Translations under genes and position numbers: made by a program
Notes under the pieces: model-generated
The model's input: the letters and a program-made list of their open reading frames with translations, nothing else
What the model was told of the DNA's origin: nothing
Databases searched by the model: none
Shown: positions 1-11,011 of the stretch, piece after piece
How the letters are laid out: every line of letters begins with the position of its first letter
Numbering within the stretch: position 1 is the first letter of the stretch
Source: an uncultured Gemmatimonadaceae bacterium
Lineage (GTDB): Bacteria; Gemmatimonadota; Gemmatimonadetes; Gemmatimonadales; Gemmatimonadaceae
Length of the DNA: 64,000 bases
Direction of reading: 5' to 3'
Assembly: GCA_963829055.1 (NCBI GenBank)
Contig: CAWHHI010000017.1
Coordinates: forward strand, 1 to 64,000

Positions 1-1
1 T

Positions 2-991
2 CTACAGCTCCAACCCGAGCGCCTGGCCTAACGCCTGACGCCGACTGCGGGCAACACGCAGCACCTTGCCATCGCGAAGGATCACGGCGTGATCGCCGTT
101 CGTGAGCGGCTGCACCTCGCGGATCTTCGCGATGTGCACGATCGTCGAGCGATGGATGCGCACGAAGCGCCGCGCATCGAGTTGCGACTCCACGTCGCTG
201 ATCCGATCGCGACCCTTGTATGCGCGCGACGCCACGTGGACGACCACGTAATTATCCTCGGCCTCGACGAAGTCGATGTCCTCGACGCGAACCAGATGCA
301 CGCGGTTCCACTGCCGCACCGTGATGTGCCCGTCGATCGCCGCGGCGATGGCTGCCGCAGGCGCTGGTTCCGCGACGATCGTCGACGCGACGTCGGCGTC
401 GGCAACGGGCTGCGAGGTCGGTGCCGCTGGCGTGGGACGAACGGTCGGCTGCGCGGGCGCTGCGGGTGAACGGAACAGGAAATGTCCGATCGCCACGATC
501 ACGCCATACACCACGAGCGCGGGCGGATAGTACTCGGCCACACCCTGCATCGTCGAGCGAACCAGGGCGTCGAATCCGCCACCGTCTGCCGCGAACGCGG
601 CCGGAAGGCGGATCGCGACATTGCTCGACACGATGAACAACGTGCCAAGCATGAGGTGAGCGGCCGCGGACAGCGGCGAGAGCTGCCGATGCTCGCCGAC
701 GACGCGGAACCGCCGGGCCGAGTAGAGAATGAACGGCGTCGCCAACGCCCAGAGCGGCAGGATCGACAGCCGGTTGAGAACGGCGCTGACCACGTCTGCG
801 CGCCCGTCGAGTCGGACGAGCGCGACGGCTTGCACGGCTGCCACGACTGCGACAAGCGTCCACACACCGGCGATCGCGACGGAACCGAACAGCCGGCGAT
901 CACCGGCGAGGAGTCGGAAGGGATCCCGATTGAGCATCACGCTCCACGCTAGCAGGCGGATCGGAGCGACGAAAGGGCGTTCCAACAGCAA
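2..991 (-). CDS. Membrane-anchored LytTR DNA-binding domain protein (no receiver domain); ATG at 937 is a plausible start
   Basis: N-terminal hydrophobic helices, Pro/Ala linker, C-terminal LytTR motifs (IDFVEAEDNYVVVH; FVRIHRSTIV). Confidence 0.85.
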   Translation of the reverse strand: MLLERPFVAPIRLLAWSVMLNRDPFRLLAGDRRLFGSVAIAGVWTLVAVVAAVQAVALVRLDGRADVVSAVLNRLSILPLWALATPFILYSARRFRVVGEHRQLSPLSAAAHLMLGTLFIVSSNVAIRLPAAFAADGGGFDALVRSTMQGVAEYYPPALVVYGVIVAIGHFLFRSPAAPAQPTVRPTPAAPTSQPVADADVASTIVAEPAPAAAIAAAIDGHITVRQWNRVHLVRVEDIDFVEAEDNYVVVHVASRAYKGRDRISDVESQLDARRFVRIHRSTIVHIAKIREVQPLTNGDHAVILRDGKVLRVARSRRQALGQALGLEL

Positions 992-1041
992 GCTTGTTGC
1001 TGGGTGTGGGTGCTGGTTGCTGGGTGACGCTGGGTGCCTAC

Positions 1042-1183
1042 GTCATCCCGATGCGATGCTCGGCATCCGCGAGGGATCTTCTCGAACGTCATCGTGGGCA
1101 GTCCGGCTACGATGCCATCACAGCAGGTCCGCCCTTCGTCGCTACGCTCCTCAGGGCAGGCTCTGGCGCTCCTCGGGATGACA
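1042..1183. repeat. REP-like palindromic element, family B, nested inside GCTG-rich inverted arms (~995-1037 / 1195-1240)
   Basis: GTCATCCCGA...TCGGGATGAC termini; internal GAGGGATCTT...GTCCGGCTACGATG shared with other copies. Confidence 0.8.
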
Positions 1184-1254
1184 GATCCATCGCAGCACTC
1201 AGCGTCACCCAGCCACCAGCACGACCACCCAGCAACCAGCCGTCTTTCCTCGAG

Positions 1255-3880
1255 TCAACCTCCAGCCCGTAGCGCCACCAACGGATCGACTCGGCTCGCC
1301 CGTCGCGCCGGGAGCAGCCCCGCGACGAACGCCACGCACGCGAGCAGCAGCACCACCGCGGCGAACGTCGTCGGATCGTTAGGCTTGACGGCGAACAGCA
1401 AGGTCGAAAGCAGCCGCGTCGCCGCCAGCGCGCCCGCCACGCCGATCACGAGCCCCGGAATCACCAGCAGCAGAATCCGCCAGAGCACCAGGCGGACGAC
1501 GTTCCCCCGCCCCGCACCTAACGCGACGCGAATTCCGATTTCGTGGGTACGCTCCGCCACCGAATACGCAATGACGCCGTAAATCCCGATCCCGGCCAGC
1601 AATAATGCGAATACCGAGAACGCACCGATCAATCGGGCCTGAAACAGCGGCTCGGCGACCGTCTCGAGAATCGTGTCATCCATCGTCCTGATACTACTGA
1701 TCGCCTGGTTGGCATCGACCTCCTTCAGCGCTCGCCGCATCGCCGGGATGAGCGATCGCGGATCGCCCGTCGCGCGGACGACGAAGCTCATGTGGTTGAG
1801 AAAGAACGCCTGCGACGTCTGAAGGGTGGGCTGATACATCGCCGGCTCGCGATTCTCGTCGAGCCGCTTCTGTGTCACGTCATCCACCACGCCGACGACC
1901 GTGAGCCAGTCGCCCGGGCCGGGCCGGTCACGCATCGAGACACGCTTGCCAACGGCGCTCTCGCCCGGCCAGATCTGATCCGCCACCAGCTTGCTGACGA
2001 TCACCACGCCCGGTGCCGACGCCGCATCACTGGCAGCGAACTCTCGTCCGGCGAGCAACCGGATTCCCATCGTCGGAAAGTAGCCCGGAGTCACCACCAA
2101 CTTGGCCACGACGTAGTCCCGCGGTGGCTTGCGTCCCCCTTCGAGCTGGAAGTCGCCACGAATGAGCGATGTGCCTAACGGGCTATAGTTGACCGCGGCG
2201 GCTGACGTCGCGCCCGGCATGTGCGCGAGTCGCTCGAGCATGGCCTGATTGAACGCGTGCATCGCCGTCGCCGATCGGTACGTCGTCGCGGGAAGGTCGA
2301 CGGTCATGGTAACGAGACCGGCGGGTCGGAAGCCCAGCTCGACATGCCTCATGCGGAGAAAGCTCTGCGCCATGAGCCCCGCCCCGGCGAGAAGGATCAA
2401 CGCCAGCGCGACCTCTGCGACGACCAGGACGCCGCGCACTCCGCCATCCCGGGTCGACAGGTTGCGCGACGATGCCGCCAGCGACTCGCGCAGCGGACTT
2501 CGCGTTGCGCGAAGCGCTGGTGCGAGACCGAATACGACCCCCGTCACGAGCGACACGCCGAGCGCGAACGCGAGTGCCATGGTGTCCACACCGATCTCAT
2601 CCTGCCGCGGAATGCGCCCGGGCGGTGCGAGGGCCAACAGGGCCCTGACGCCGGCAACAGCCAGCACGGCGCCGATTGCGCCCGAGGCGAGCCACAGAAT
2701 GGCACTTTCCGTCACGAGCTGACGCATCAGGCGCCGCCGCCCGGCGCCTAACGCCGCGCGCACCGCCATCTCGCGCTGCCGGCTCGTCGCGCGCATGAGC
2801 AGCAGGTTCGCCACGTTCGCGCACGAGATGAGCAACACGAGCCCGACCGCGCCGGCGAACACGAGCAGAGACAACGTCGCATCCTTGACGATGGTGTCCT
2901 TGAGCGGCACGACACGGGCAACGAGCGTGTCGCGCTCAGCTTCACCGCCTCGGCGCGGCCCCGCACGAGCAATGGACGCGAGCTCCGCCGTCACCTGCGC
3001 CGGCGTCACCCCGTCTCCGAGTCGTCCGACGACCGTCAGGAGCCAGGAGATCGACATGTTGGGCGAGGCCTTTACTACGAGTGGCTCCCAGAGCTGCGCA
3101 TCCGACGGATACGAAAATCCCGCCGGCAGGACGCCAATCACAGTGTGGCGAATCCCGTCGAGCACGACACCGGAGCCGACGATCCGCGCGTTGGACCCGA
3201 ACCGACCACGCCACAACGCATCGCCGAGGAGCACGACGGGCGGAGCGCCTGGCGCTTCATCATCCACCGAGAACGCGCGGCCCATGGTCGGCCGGATGCC
3301 TAACGTTTCAAGAAACCCGGCGGTCACGGCGGCGCCCGGCAGTTGGACCGGGTCGCCTGCTCCGGTGAGCGTCGTCAGCAGCGTCTTCGATGCTCCGACC
3401 CGCGCCAGCAGTCGCTGACGACGACGGTATTCCACCCACTGGTGGTCCGCGATGGCCGGTGCGGAAATGAAATCGAACGCGCTTGTCTGCGGTCCGTAGG
3501 CGAGCCGCACCAGCCGATCGGCCTGCGGGTACGGCAGAGGACGAAGCAGCACCGCGTGCACCACCGTGAACATCGCGGTCGTCGCGCCAATGCCGAGCGC
3601 CAGCGTGAGTCCCGCGACGATCGTGAACGCTGGCGACCTCCGCAGCGTGCGCACGCCGTAGCGAACATCCTGCGCGAGTCGCTCGAGCCACCCGCCGCCC
3701 CGCATCTCCCGCGTCACTTCCTGAACGACGCCCAGGTTTCCGAACTCGCGGCGCGCCGCGAGCTCGGCGTCTTCACGACGCTCGCCACGCGCGACTCGCT
3801 CTTCTACCGCCATCCGCAGATGCGCGCGCAACTCCTCATCGAGCTCGCGGTCGCGACGACGACTCCAGGGAAACGATCAT
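1255..3880 (-). CDS. ADOP-type duplicated ABC permease (MacB/FtsX); indel near the start
   Basis: 858-aa ORF with [58 protein letters not shown] prefix; ATG overlaps the PadR stop. Confidence 0.93.
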
Positions 3881-4242
3881 GCCTCACCCTCCGGCGCAGG
3901 GGGCGCGAGAATGCCGGCAATCGCCTCCGACAGTTGGTCCCATCGCGACCGCTCGGCCGCGAGCTGCTTCCGTCCCGCGGGCGTGAGTCGATACACGCGC
4001 ACCCGCTGGCGATTCTCCGACAGCTCCCACTCCGCGGCTATCGCGCCGCTCCGCTCGAGCCGATGAAGCGCGGGATACAGCGATCCCGTGTCCACCTGCA
4101 ACGCCTCGCGCGAGTTCGCACGGATCATCTGCGCGAGCCCGTAACCGTGGCGCGGCCCCCAGCGCAGCGTCTGCAGGATGATCAGATCGAGCGTTCCCTG
4201 CAGGAGCTCGATGCGACTGAGACCTCGTTGCTCCTTGGCCAT
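3877..4242 (-). CDS. PadR family transcriptional regulator (acidobacterial type)
   Basis: [42 protein letters not shown]. Confidence 0.95.
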   Translation of the reverse strand: MAKEQRGLSRIELLQGTLDLIILQTLRWGPRHGYGLAQMIRANSREALQVDTGSLYPALHRLERSGAIAAEWELSENRQRVRVYRLTPAGRKQLAAERSRWDQLSEAIAGILAPPAPEGEA

Positions 4243-4269
4243 CGACTGTGCGTCCCTGTGGTTTGAGGC

Positions 4270-4307
4270 TGTAGGTACTCTACACCCTAGGGTGTAGGAT
4301 GCCTACA
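4270..4307. promoter_or_regulatory. Tandem TGTAG-N5-CTACA palindromes, putative PadR operator
   Basis: TGTAGgtactCTACA (4270-4284) and TGTAGgatgcCTACA (4293-4307) just upstream of padR. Confidence 0.6.
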
Positions 4308-4344
4308 TCCTGCCGACCCGTCAAGGCATGACCAACTTGCCTCC

Positions 4345-4737
4345 ATGCTTGCGACCTCCACATTCGCGCTCCAGCGCTGGGAAGAAAAACCGTACGACGA
4401 GGCCGATGGCGCGCCGAAGCTCACACGCGCCAGCGTGCTCTACACGTTCGAGGGGGAGCTCACCGGCGAAGGCCGACTCGAGTACCTCATGACGTACCTG
4501 CCTGACGGGACCGCGCTGTTCGTCGGCTTCCAGCGCTTCGTCGGGCGAGTGGGCTCGCGCGAGGGAAGCTTCATCTTCAGACACGGTGGCCGCTTCGCGG
4601 ACGGAGTCGCCAGCGATACGTGGACGGTCGTCACCGGATCGGGGACGGCGGCGCTCGAGGGTATCCGCGGGCAGGTCGAATTCTCGGCGGCACATCAGGA
4701 CGCATACGAGGTCATCTTCGAATACGACTTCGGCTGA
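4345..4737 (+). CDS. DUF3224 family protein
   Basis: WEEKPY..KLTRA..FEGELTGEG..YLM..G..GSFIF..GSGTAALEGIRG pattern. Confidence 0.85.
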   Translation: MLATSTFALQRWEEKPYDEADGAPKLTRASVLYTFEGELTGEGRLEYLMTYLPDGTALFVGFQRFVGRVGSREGSFIFRHGGRFADGVASDTWTVVTGSGTAALEGIRGQVEFSAAHQDAYEVIFEYDFG

Positions 4738-4872
4738 CCCGGACGCCGCACCGCCCGGTTCAAACGCTGCCGCCACGAGCGGCATCCTACCGCCAATCGG
4801 AACCACGAGTGGCGAGCCAGTCACGGCTTCCCGGTGGTCCGTCACGGCGGCGAGACCGCGGAGGTAGGTGCG

Positions 4873-5538
4873 ATGATCGCGAGCAATGCGCTGAGCAACG
4901 CGCGGAGCAATGCCCTACGCGTCCTGGTGCCCGGGCTTCTGCTTCCATCCCTCATGGCCCATGCCGGTGGCTGGGCCGTGATCACGGTCGATGACCTTCC
5001 CGACTACGCCGAGGCCGCGAAGCCGGTCGCACTCTCGTTCATGGTCCGCCAGCATGGCGTGACTCCGATGGAGCGACTCAGCCCGAGCGTGGAAGCGACG
5101 TCGGGACGACTCTCTGCCCGCGCGATGGCCTTGCCCGCAGGTCAGCCCGGCCGCTATGCCGTATCGCTCGACTTGCCGAGTGCGGGCGACTGGTCGATCA
5201 CGATCCGGAGCGGATTCGGCAAGAGCGACGTGACGCTGCTGCCGCTCCCGGTCGTCGACCACGGCGAGCGCCTAACGAAAGCAGTGAACGATACGGAGCG
5301 AGGTCAACGCCTCTTCATCGCGAAGGGGTGTGCCATGTGCCACCAGCAGAGCGGCGCGGGCCCGATCCTCGACGGCAAACGCTTCGATGTCGCCTACATC
5401 AGCGGATTTCTCGCCAATCCGCCGTCAGCGGGGCGCGCGCAGGGCAAGCCGACGATGCCGAACCTCGGCCTCAAACAGCGAGAGATCACGTCGCTCGTCG
5501 CTTACCTGAACAGCGATCGTCAGGTCACCGCGCGCTGA
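4873..5538 (+). CDS. Secreted YtkA/FixH-like Ig domain fused to a monoheme cytochrome c
   Basis: GAGGT RBS, signal peptide, GGWAVITVDDLP, CAMCH heme motif, distal Met (PTMPNL). Confidence 0.75.
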   Translation: MIASNALSNARSNALRVLVPGLLLPSLMAHAGGWAVITVDDLPDYAEAAKPVALSFMVRQHGVTPMERLSPSVEATSGRLSARAMALPAGQPGRYAVSLDLPSAGDWSITIRSGFGKSDVTLLPLPVVDHGERLTKAVNDTERGQRLFIAKGCAMCHQQSGAGPILDGKRFDVAYISGFLANPPSAGRAQGKPTMPNLGLKQREITSLVAYLNSDRQVTAR

Positions 5539-7541
5539 CCTGACGGTCGCGGAGCGGTACCGGACTCGACGCGCGTGCACCGGCGATGCCGGCGCGCGGC
5601 AGCTCGAGCGTGAACGTGGACCCTTCGCCGAGGGCCGTGCTCACGGTAACGTCGCCGCCCATGCCGCGCGCGAGGTCGCGGCTGATTGCCAGACCGAGCC
5701 CCACACCCTCGTTAGGCCTGTTGAGCGCGCGATGCCCCTGCACGAACGGCTCGAACAGCATTGGCAACTGGTCGGGACCGATGCCTGGCCCGGTGTCCTG
5801 GACGTGAACCCGAACCGTCGTAGCGTCCGCATCACACCGTAGGCGCACCATGCCATCTTCGGGCGTGTATTTCACGGCATTGGCGAGCAGGTTGAGCACT
5901 ACCTGTCGGACCTTGTCGCCGTCAGCGGCGGCAACGATGTCGTCACTACATGTCTCGTACGTGAACGTCAGGCGCCGCGCCGACAACTGCGGACCCACGA
6001 GCGACTCGAGACCGGTGAGCGTGTCGTTCATGTGGACGTCATGCACGGCATACTGCATCTGGCCGGCATCGATGCGCGCGAAATTCAGCACGTCCGTGAT
6101 GAGCGTGAGCAGATGCGCCTGACTCCGCGCGATGCGATTCAACGCGTCGCGCTGCGCGTCAGTGACGGGACCATGAATACCGAGCTCGATGAGCTCCGCG
6201 TACCCCGCGATCGCGTTGAGCGGCGTGCGGAGCTCGTGACTCATCATCGCGAGGAAGTCGCTCTTCGCGCGGTTGGCGGCTTCCGCTTCGCCCCGCGCGC
6301 GCTCGGCCTCGGCTCGCGCGATTTCCGCTTCGCCCATCGCGATCTGCAACCGGCGATTCGCGCCGGACAGCTCGTCGGCCACGCGCTGGGCATCGGCCGC
6401 GCGCTGCTCGAGCTCACGTCGCGCTTCCGCGACTTGCTCGGCCATCTCGTGGAAGCTGGTTGCGAGACGGCCAACCTCATCACCGCTGCGCACAGCGATC
6501 GGGTGCTCGTACGTTCCGGTCGCCACCTGCTCGGCGGCCGAGGTGAGCGCCACGAGCGGCCGCGTTATGCGGCGCCCGATCGTCCACGCGAGCGCGGCAC
6601 CCGCGGCCAGCAGCACGAGCGACATCCACGCGAGCTGCTCCACCGTCGCCTTGAGTCGCGCGAGCAGCGTACGGAGTGGCGACTCGATCACCACGACCCA
6701 TGGCGTACCGGCGACCGGTGTTTCCTCGGCAATGAGGCGACCCGAGCCCGGACGTTCGTGCCAGAGACGTCCCTCGCTGGACGTTCGACTCGTCGGCGCC
6801 GCCGCCGCGCTACCTGGCGCCGACGTCCACCCTGACCCGTCGGTGTTACGCGAGTACAGCGTGAGGTCCTCGCGCGTGAGCTCCCGTAGCATCTTCATCG
6901 CCGAGGCGGGTCCCGCAACGTAGCGCGGCTCGAGCACGTATCCGGCTCGCTGCTGGCCGATCACGACCGGAGCGACGACCCAGAACATTGTGCGGTTTCC
7001 GGCCGGCGTGAACGGACCGAAGTGCACGGCGTCCGCGGCGTCATCGTTGCTCACGGGCGCCAGGGTCTTCGGGTCGATCAGGGGGATAGCAGCGGGCAGC
7101 GGCCTGCCGACCGACGCGACGACGCGTCCATTCGCATCGGTCAACAACACCGGGAGCGAGTCGGGGCCGCCCATGAGGCCAACCAGCACGCGAGCCGCGG
7201 CGACGCTGTCGCTCGCAGCGACACGGGTCCTGGTCGCGGTGGCGGCGAGGACCCTCGACAACGACGGATGGGCGACGGCGTCGCGTGTCATCTGGCGCGC
7301 GTTGCGCGATTGCGTCTTCCATGCTCGCGGCCACGAGCTGCGTCGCATGCACGAAGCGATCGCGCACCACGGACTCCGACCGGTGCGCGAGTGCGACGTA
7401 TGTGAACGCGAGAAACGCGGCGAGGCCCGCGGCGAGCACCGCGGTGATGAGAAGCGGCAGCTTCCATTCGATGGAAAGCGCGCCTCGGAGCCGAGGAGTG
7501 TGGGCCGGCTCGAACACCGGCGGGCCTTCGCTTGAACTCAT
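5525..7541 (-). CDS. Sensor histidine kinase (TM, HAMP, HisKA, HATPase); frameshift near 7290-7350
   Basis: [38 protein letters not shown]-terminal TM lies in the 7041..7541 frame. Confidence 0.9.
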
Positions 7542-7651
7542 GGAACCCTCGCGTCGCCGCGATCATCGACGGCCTCGGACTAGACAGCCGGTCCTATCAA
7601 GAACTTACTCACGAACGCGCGAAACGCGGACGCCAGCAGCGTTGACCGGGT

Positions 7652-7830
7652 TGTCATTCCGAGCGGAGCCATGTCATTCCGAGCGCAGCCGCGAAGCGGC
7701 GCAGTCGAGGAATCGCGATTGTAAGCGGTAGAGGGGCCTCTCTGCCGGTATAATCGCGATTCCTCATGCGCCCACCTGCGGTGGGCACCCGGCTTCGCTC
7801 GCTCGGAATGACAACCCGCTCGGAATGACA
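7652..7830. repeat. REP-like palindromic element, family A (doubled termini)
   Basis: TGTCATTCCGAGCG x2 ... CGCTCGGAATGACA x2; inner GAGGAATCGCGAT/ATCGCGATTCCTC stem. Confidence 0.85.
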
Positions 7831-7852
7831 GCACTCCACTACCACCCGAGAT

Positions 7853-8956
7853 ATGTCGATCAGTTCGCTAGTCAATGCACCACAGCGTCAGGCGTTAGCC
7901 TCGCTTGTCACCTCCGTCGCAGCATACGAGGGGCCGCGGGCTACGACCTCACCGCGTTTCGGGCTGGTGGAGATGGAACTGAGCGCGATTGGGCTGCCGC
8001 ACATGCCCGCTGGCTTTCACGCGCGCGATGGTGCCGTGACAGGTCTCTCGCTTCGCGGGTGCGGACTCGCGTCGGTCCACGACGCGATCGGCGACCTCGA
8101 CTCGCTCATCGACCTCGACCTGACGGACAATGGCCTGACGACGCTTCCCCGCTCGATGGAGCGCCTGACGAGCCTCGAGTGTCTATGGCTCGACCGAAAT
8201 GCGCTCGATGTCGTACCGGACTGTGTGTGGGAGCTACCCAAGCTTCGTTCGCTGGCCATTGGCGCGAACAAACTGACATCGCTCCCGCCACGCGTCGCAT
8301 CGGCGGCGGGGCTCACGCATCTGTTCGCTCACTCGAATGCGCTAACGAGTATTCCCGATGAGATCGGCCATCTCGCGCATCTGCGAACACTCGACCTGGC
8401 CGAGAATCCCATCGACGCGCTTCCGGACGCCATTGGGGATCTGGCGGAGCTCACCATTCTGTATGTGCATCGATTGCGGCTCTCGACCCTGCCCGCCGCC
8501 ATCGGCCGCCTGTCGCGACTCGCCTACTTCAACGCGAGCGGCAACAGGATCACCGAGCTTCCGGCGACGATCGGTGAGCTCACGGCGCTCGTCGATCTGC
8601 GACTGGATGACAACGAGCTCGAGTCACTGCCTGAATCGTTAGGCAGGCTGACGACGCTCCGGCAGCTTCACGTGCGCGGCAACCGCCTCGCATCCGTGCC
8701 CCCGGCGGTCAGAGGGCTCTCCGGCCTCACGCACCTGGACGTGAGGGATAATCGACTACGAGTCATTCCGGAGTTCATCGGAGAATTGTCGCGACTAGTG
8801 TCGCTCGATCTCCGCAGCAATGCGCTCACGACACTGCCGGAGAGCATCGGCGCACTACAGCACCTTGCTCGGCTCGACCTGCGGTGGAACCGGATCGTTC
8901 CCCGACCCGTGTGGCTCCAAGCGCTCCAGGACCGCGGTTGCACTATCTGGGATTGA
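7853..8956 (+). CDS. Leucine-rich repeat protein (about 12 repeats of 23 aa)
   Basis: Repeated LxxLxLxxNxLxxLPxxIG units. Confidence 0.92.
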   Translation: MSISSLVNAPQRQALASLVTSVAAYEGPRATTSPRFGLVEMELSAIGLPHMPAGFHARDGAVTGLSLRGCGLASVHDAIGDLDSLIDLDLTDNGLTTLPRSMERLTSLECLWLDRNALDVVPDCVWELPKLRSLAIGANKLTSLPPRVASAAGLTHLFAHSNALTSIPDEIGHLAHLRTLDLAENPIDALPDAIGDLAELTILYVHRLRLSTLPAAIGRLSRLAYFNASGNRITELPATIGELTALVDLRLDDNELESLPESLGRLTTLRQLHVRGNRLASVPPAVRGLSGLTHLDVRDNRLRVIPEFIGELSRLVSLDLRSNALTTLPESIGALQHLARLDLRWNRIVPRPVWLQALQDRGCTIWD

Positions 8957-9003
8957 GTGCTCTATGTAGCATACTGAACGCTGTTAGCGTAGCGAATCAC
9001 GGC

Positions 9004-9139
9004 TGTCATTCCGAGCGGAGGCCGAAGGCCGCGGGTGCCCTCTGGGCGCATGAGGAATCCTTGTTGAGCGGCTTGCCCCTCTACCAGGACGCGAGGGATT
9101 CCTCGACTCCGCGCCTTCGGCGCTCCGCTCGGAATGACA
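9004..9139. repeat. REP-like palindromic element, family A
   Basis: TGTCATTCCGAGCGGAG...CTCCGCTCGGAATGACA. Confidence 0.85.
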
Positions 9140-9163
9140 ATCGTCTCACTCGAGGGTCGCACG

Positions 9164-10063
9164 ATGCACGACACCATTCGCCGTTCGCTCACGCTCCTCG
9201 CAGTAGTGCCGGTCGTCGCGTTCGCTCAATCAGGGGCGAAGCCCGCGGATCAGCAGGACATGATTCCGCGAGAGCTCGCCGTGGCGTTGTTGAGCTACTC
9301 GCCAGGCATGTCACCGAACGACATCAGAGTCGGCAAGGCGCCCGATGACATTCCTCCGGAGCTCGTGCCGCCTGGACTTCAGGTGCTTGGCAGCATGACG
9401 CAGTTCGAGAATTCGGTCATCGTGTTCGCGGCGCCCCAGCCGCCTGATTCCGCCGTCGCGCTGATCGAAGCGGGCTTGTTAGGCAGCGGCTGGACGAAGC
9501 CACCCATCCCGCAGAGTCGGCCACGCCAGGGCTTCGTTCCCGCGAACGACCTCTCCGGCGGTTACGAGCGCCCCGACATCGTCTGTAAGGGAGATGCGTT
9601 CGCGTCGTTCTCCAGCACCTATCGGCGTTCGGGCGGCAGCATCGTGAAGATCTCGTACAACCGAGGCGCACGCTTCTCGGCCTGCAAGATCCAGAGCCAG
9701 ACGGACGTGACGGTGTATCGGAATCCCATGGACGATGCGCCAATCCCGACGCTCCGCGCGCCTGAAGGCTCCATCACAAAGGGTGACGGTGGAGGCATGA
9801 GCGGAGGGATGAACTCGTGGACACTGTCTACGCGGCTATCGACGAAGCTCAAGCCCGGGGAAGTGATTGCCCACTACGACAAGCAGATGATCGCGGCAGG
9901 GTGGACATCGCTTACCGACGGTACCGCCGACAACGTGGCGGTGCACAACTACCGCAAGAAAGACCAGAAGGACCGTACCTGGACCGCCACGCTGTTTTCC
10001 ATGGTCATTCCCGACGCCATGGACCAGGATGTCTCGCTCCGGGTAAGTCAGAGTCGCCGGTAG
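9164..10063 (+). CDS. Secreted hypothetical protein
   Basis: Intact ORF with Sec signal (LLAVVPVVAFA-Q) and typical codon usage. Confidence 0.75.
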   Translation: MHDTIRRSLTLLAVVPVVAFAQSGAKPADQQDMIPRELAVALLSYSPGMSPNDIRVGKAPDDIPPELVPPGLQVLGSMTQFENSVIVFAAPQPPDSAVALIEAGLLGSGWTKPPIPQSRPRQGFVPANDLSGGYERPDIVCKGDAFASFSSTYRRSGGSIVKISYNRGARFSACKIQSQTDVTVYRNPMDDAPIPTLRAPEGSITKGDGGGMSGGMNSWTLSTRLSTKLKPGEVIAHYDKQMIAAGWTSLTDGTADNVAVHNYRKKDQKDRTWTATLFSMVIPDAMDQDVSLRVSQSRR

Positions 10064-10204
10064 GCATCGACCGGCAAGCGTTTGTGGCGAAAAGGGTTGC
10101 CGAGCGGCATCATCAATGCGTGCCATTGATGAAACAGCTGAAACGGCGGCCCCGACGCCGCCGTACGGGCTGAGCACCGCCGATTACCCTGCTCCAGTCG
10201 CACG

Positions 10205-10941
10205 ATGTTCCCGAGGATTCTGATGCAGGAAAGACCTCCAGCACCCGCAATTGCTCCAGCGGCCCCAGCTGCTCCCGCTACCCCAGCCGCTCCCGCTGCA
10301 CCGGCCGCTCAGGCCCCCACCATTTCCATTCCCGGTGGGACGAGCGCGTCCGCTGTGTACGAGGCGTTGAAGGCACAGCGGACCGAGCTCAGGAATCAGC
10401 TCGAGGGCCTCGAGGACAAGCGACGAGACCTGTCGCAGCGCCTCGAGGAGCCGATGGTCAATGCCGCCGATCGCAAGGGAATCGAGCAGCGCATCACGGA
10501 GGTCGATCAGACGAATCTCGGCGATCGACAAGCAGATCGCGTGAGAGCGAAGCGCGCATCGCGCAGCGCGGCGGCCGTTCCAGGAGCGGTCGTCGAACGT
10601 CGCGAGCCGCCTCGCCAAGGGCCACCTGAAGAGGTCGTTCATTCTTGGCGGAATATTCATCTTCGTCGTGCTGCTGCCGCTCAGCATCGCAATGGCGCGG
10701 CGCATCTGGCGGCGCGGAGTGGCCACGATCACGAACCTTCCCAAGCGAGCTCACCGAGCGCCTCACGCGACTCGAACAGGGTGTGGACGCGGTCGCGGTC
10801 GAGGTCGAGCGTATTGGCGAAGGCCAGCGGTACATGGCGCGGCTGGTCGGCGAGGACGGTGCGATGCGCGCGATCGCAGCCGGCGCGGCCGAGCCCGTCG
10901 AGGTGAAGGCGCGAGAGCCTGAGGCGAACTATCGACGTTAG
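10205..10941 (+). CDS. Hypothetical membrane/coiled-coil protein (frameshifted)
   Basis: Ala/Pro N-terminus, coiled coil, TM (VVLLPLSIAMARRIWRR), C-terminal RLEQGVDAVAVEVERIGEGQRY; spread over three frames. Confidence 0.7.
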
Positions 10942-11011
10942 CCAACAGTCGCGTCTCGCGGCCTGATCTCTGCCTTTTGCGCTAGGCAGACATTCGAATG
11001 GAGATGCAAGC

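Noticed and set aside
7580..7875. Short ORFs such as CHSERSR / VIPSER / LGMT peptides (also near 9000, 44050, 59030, 62690)
   Set aside because: These are translations of the palindromic repeats, not genes.
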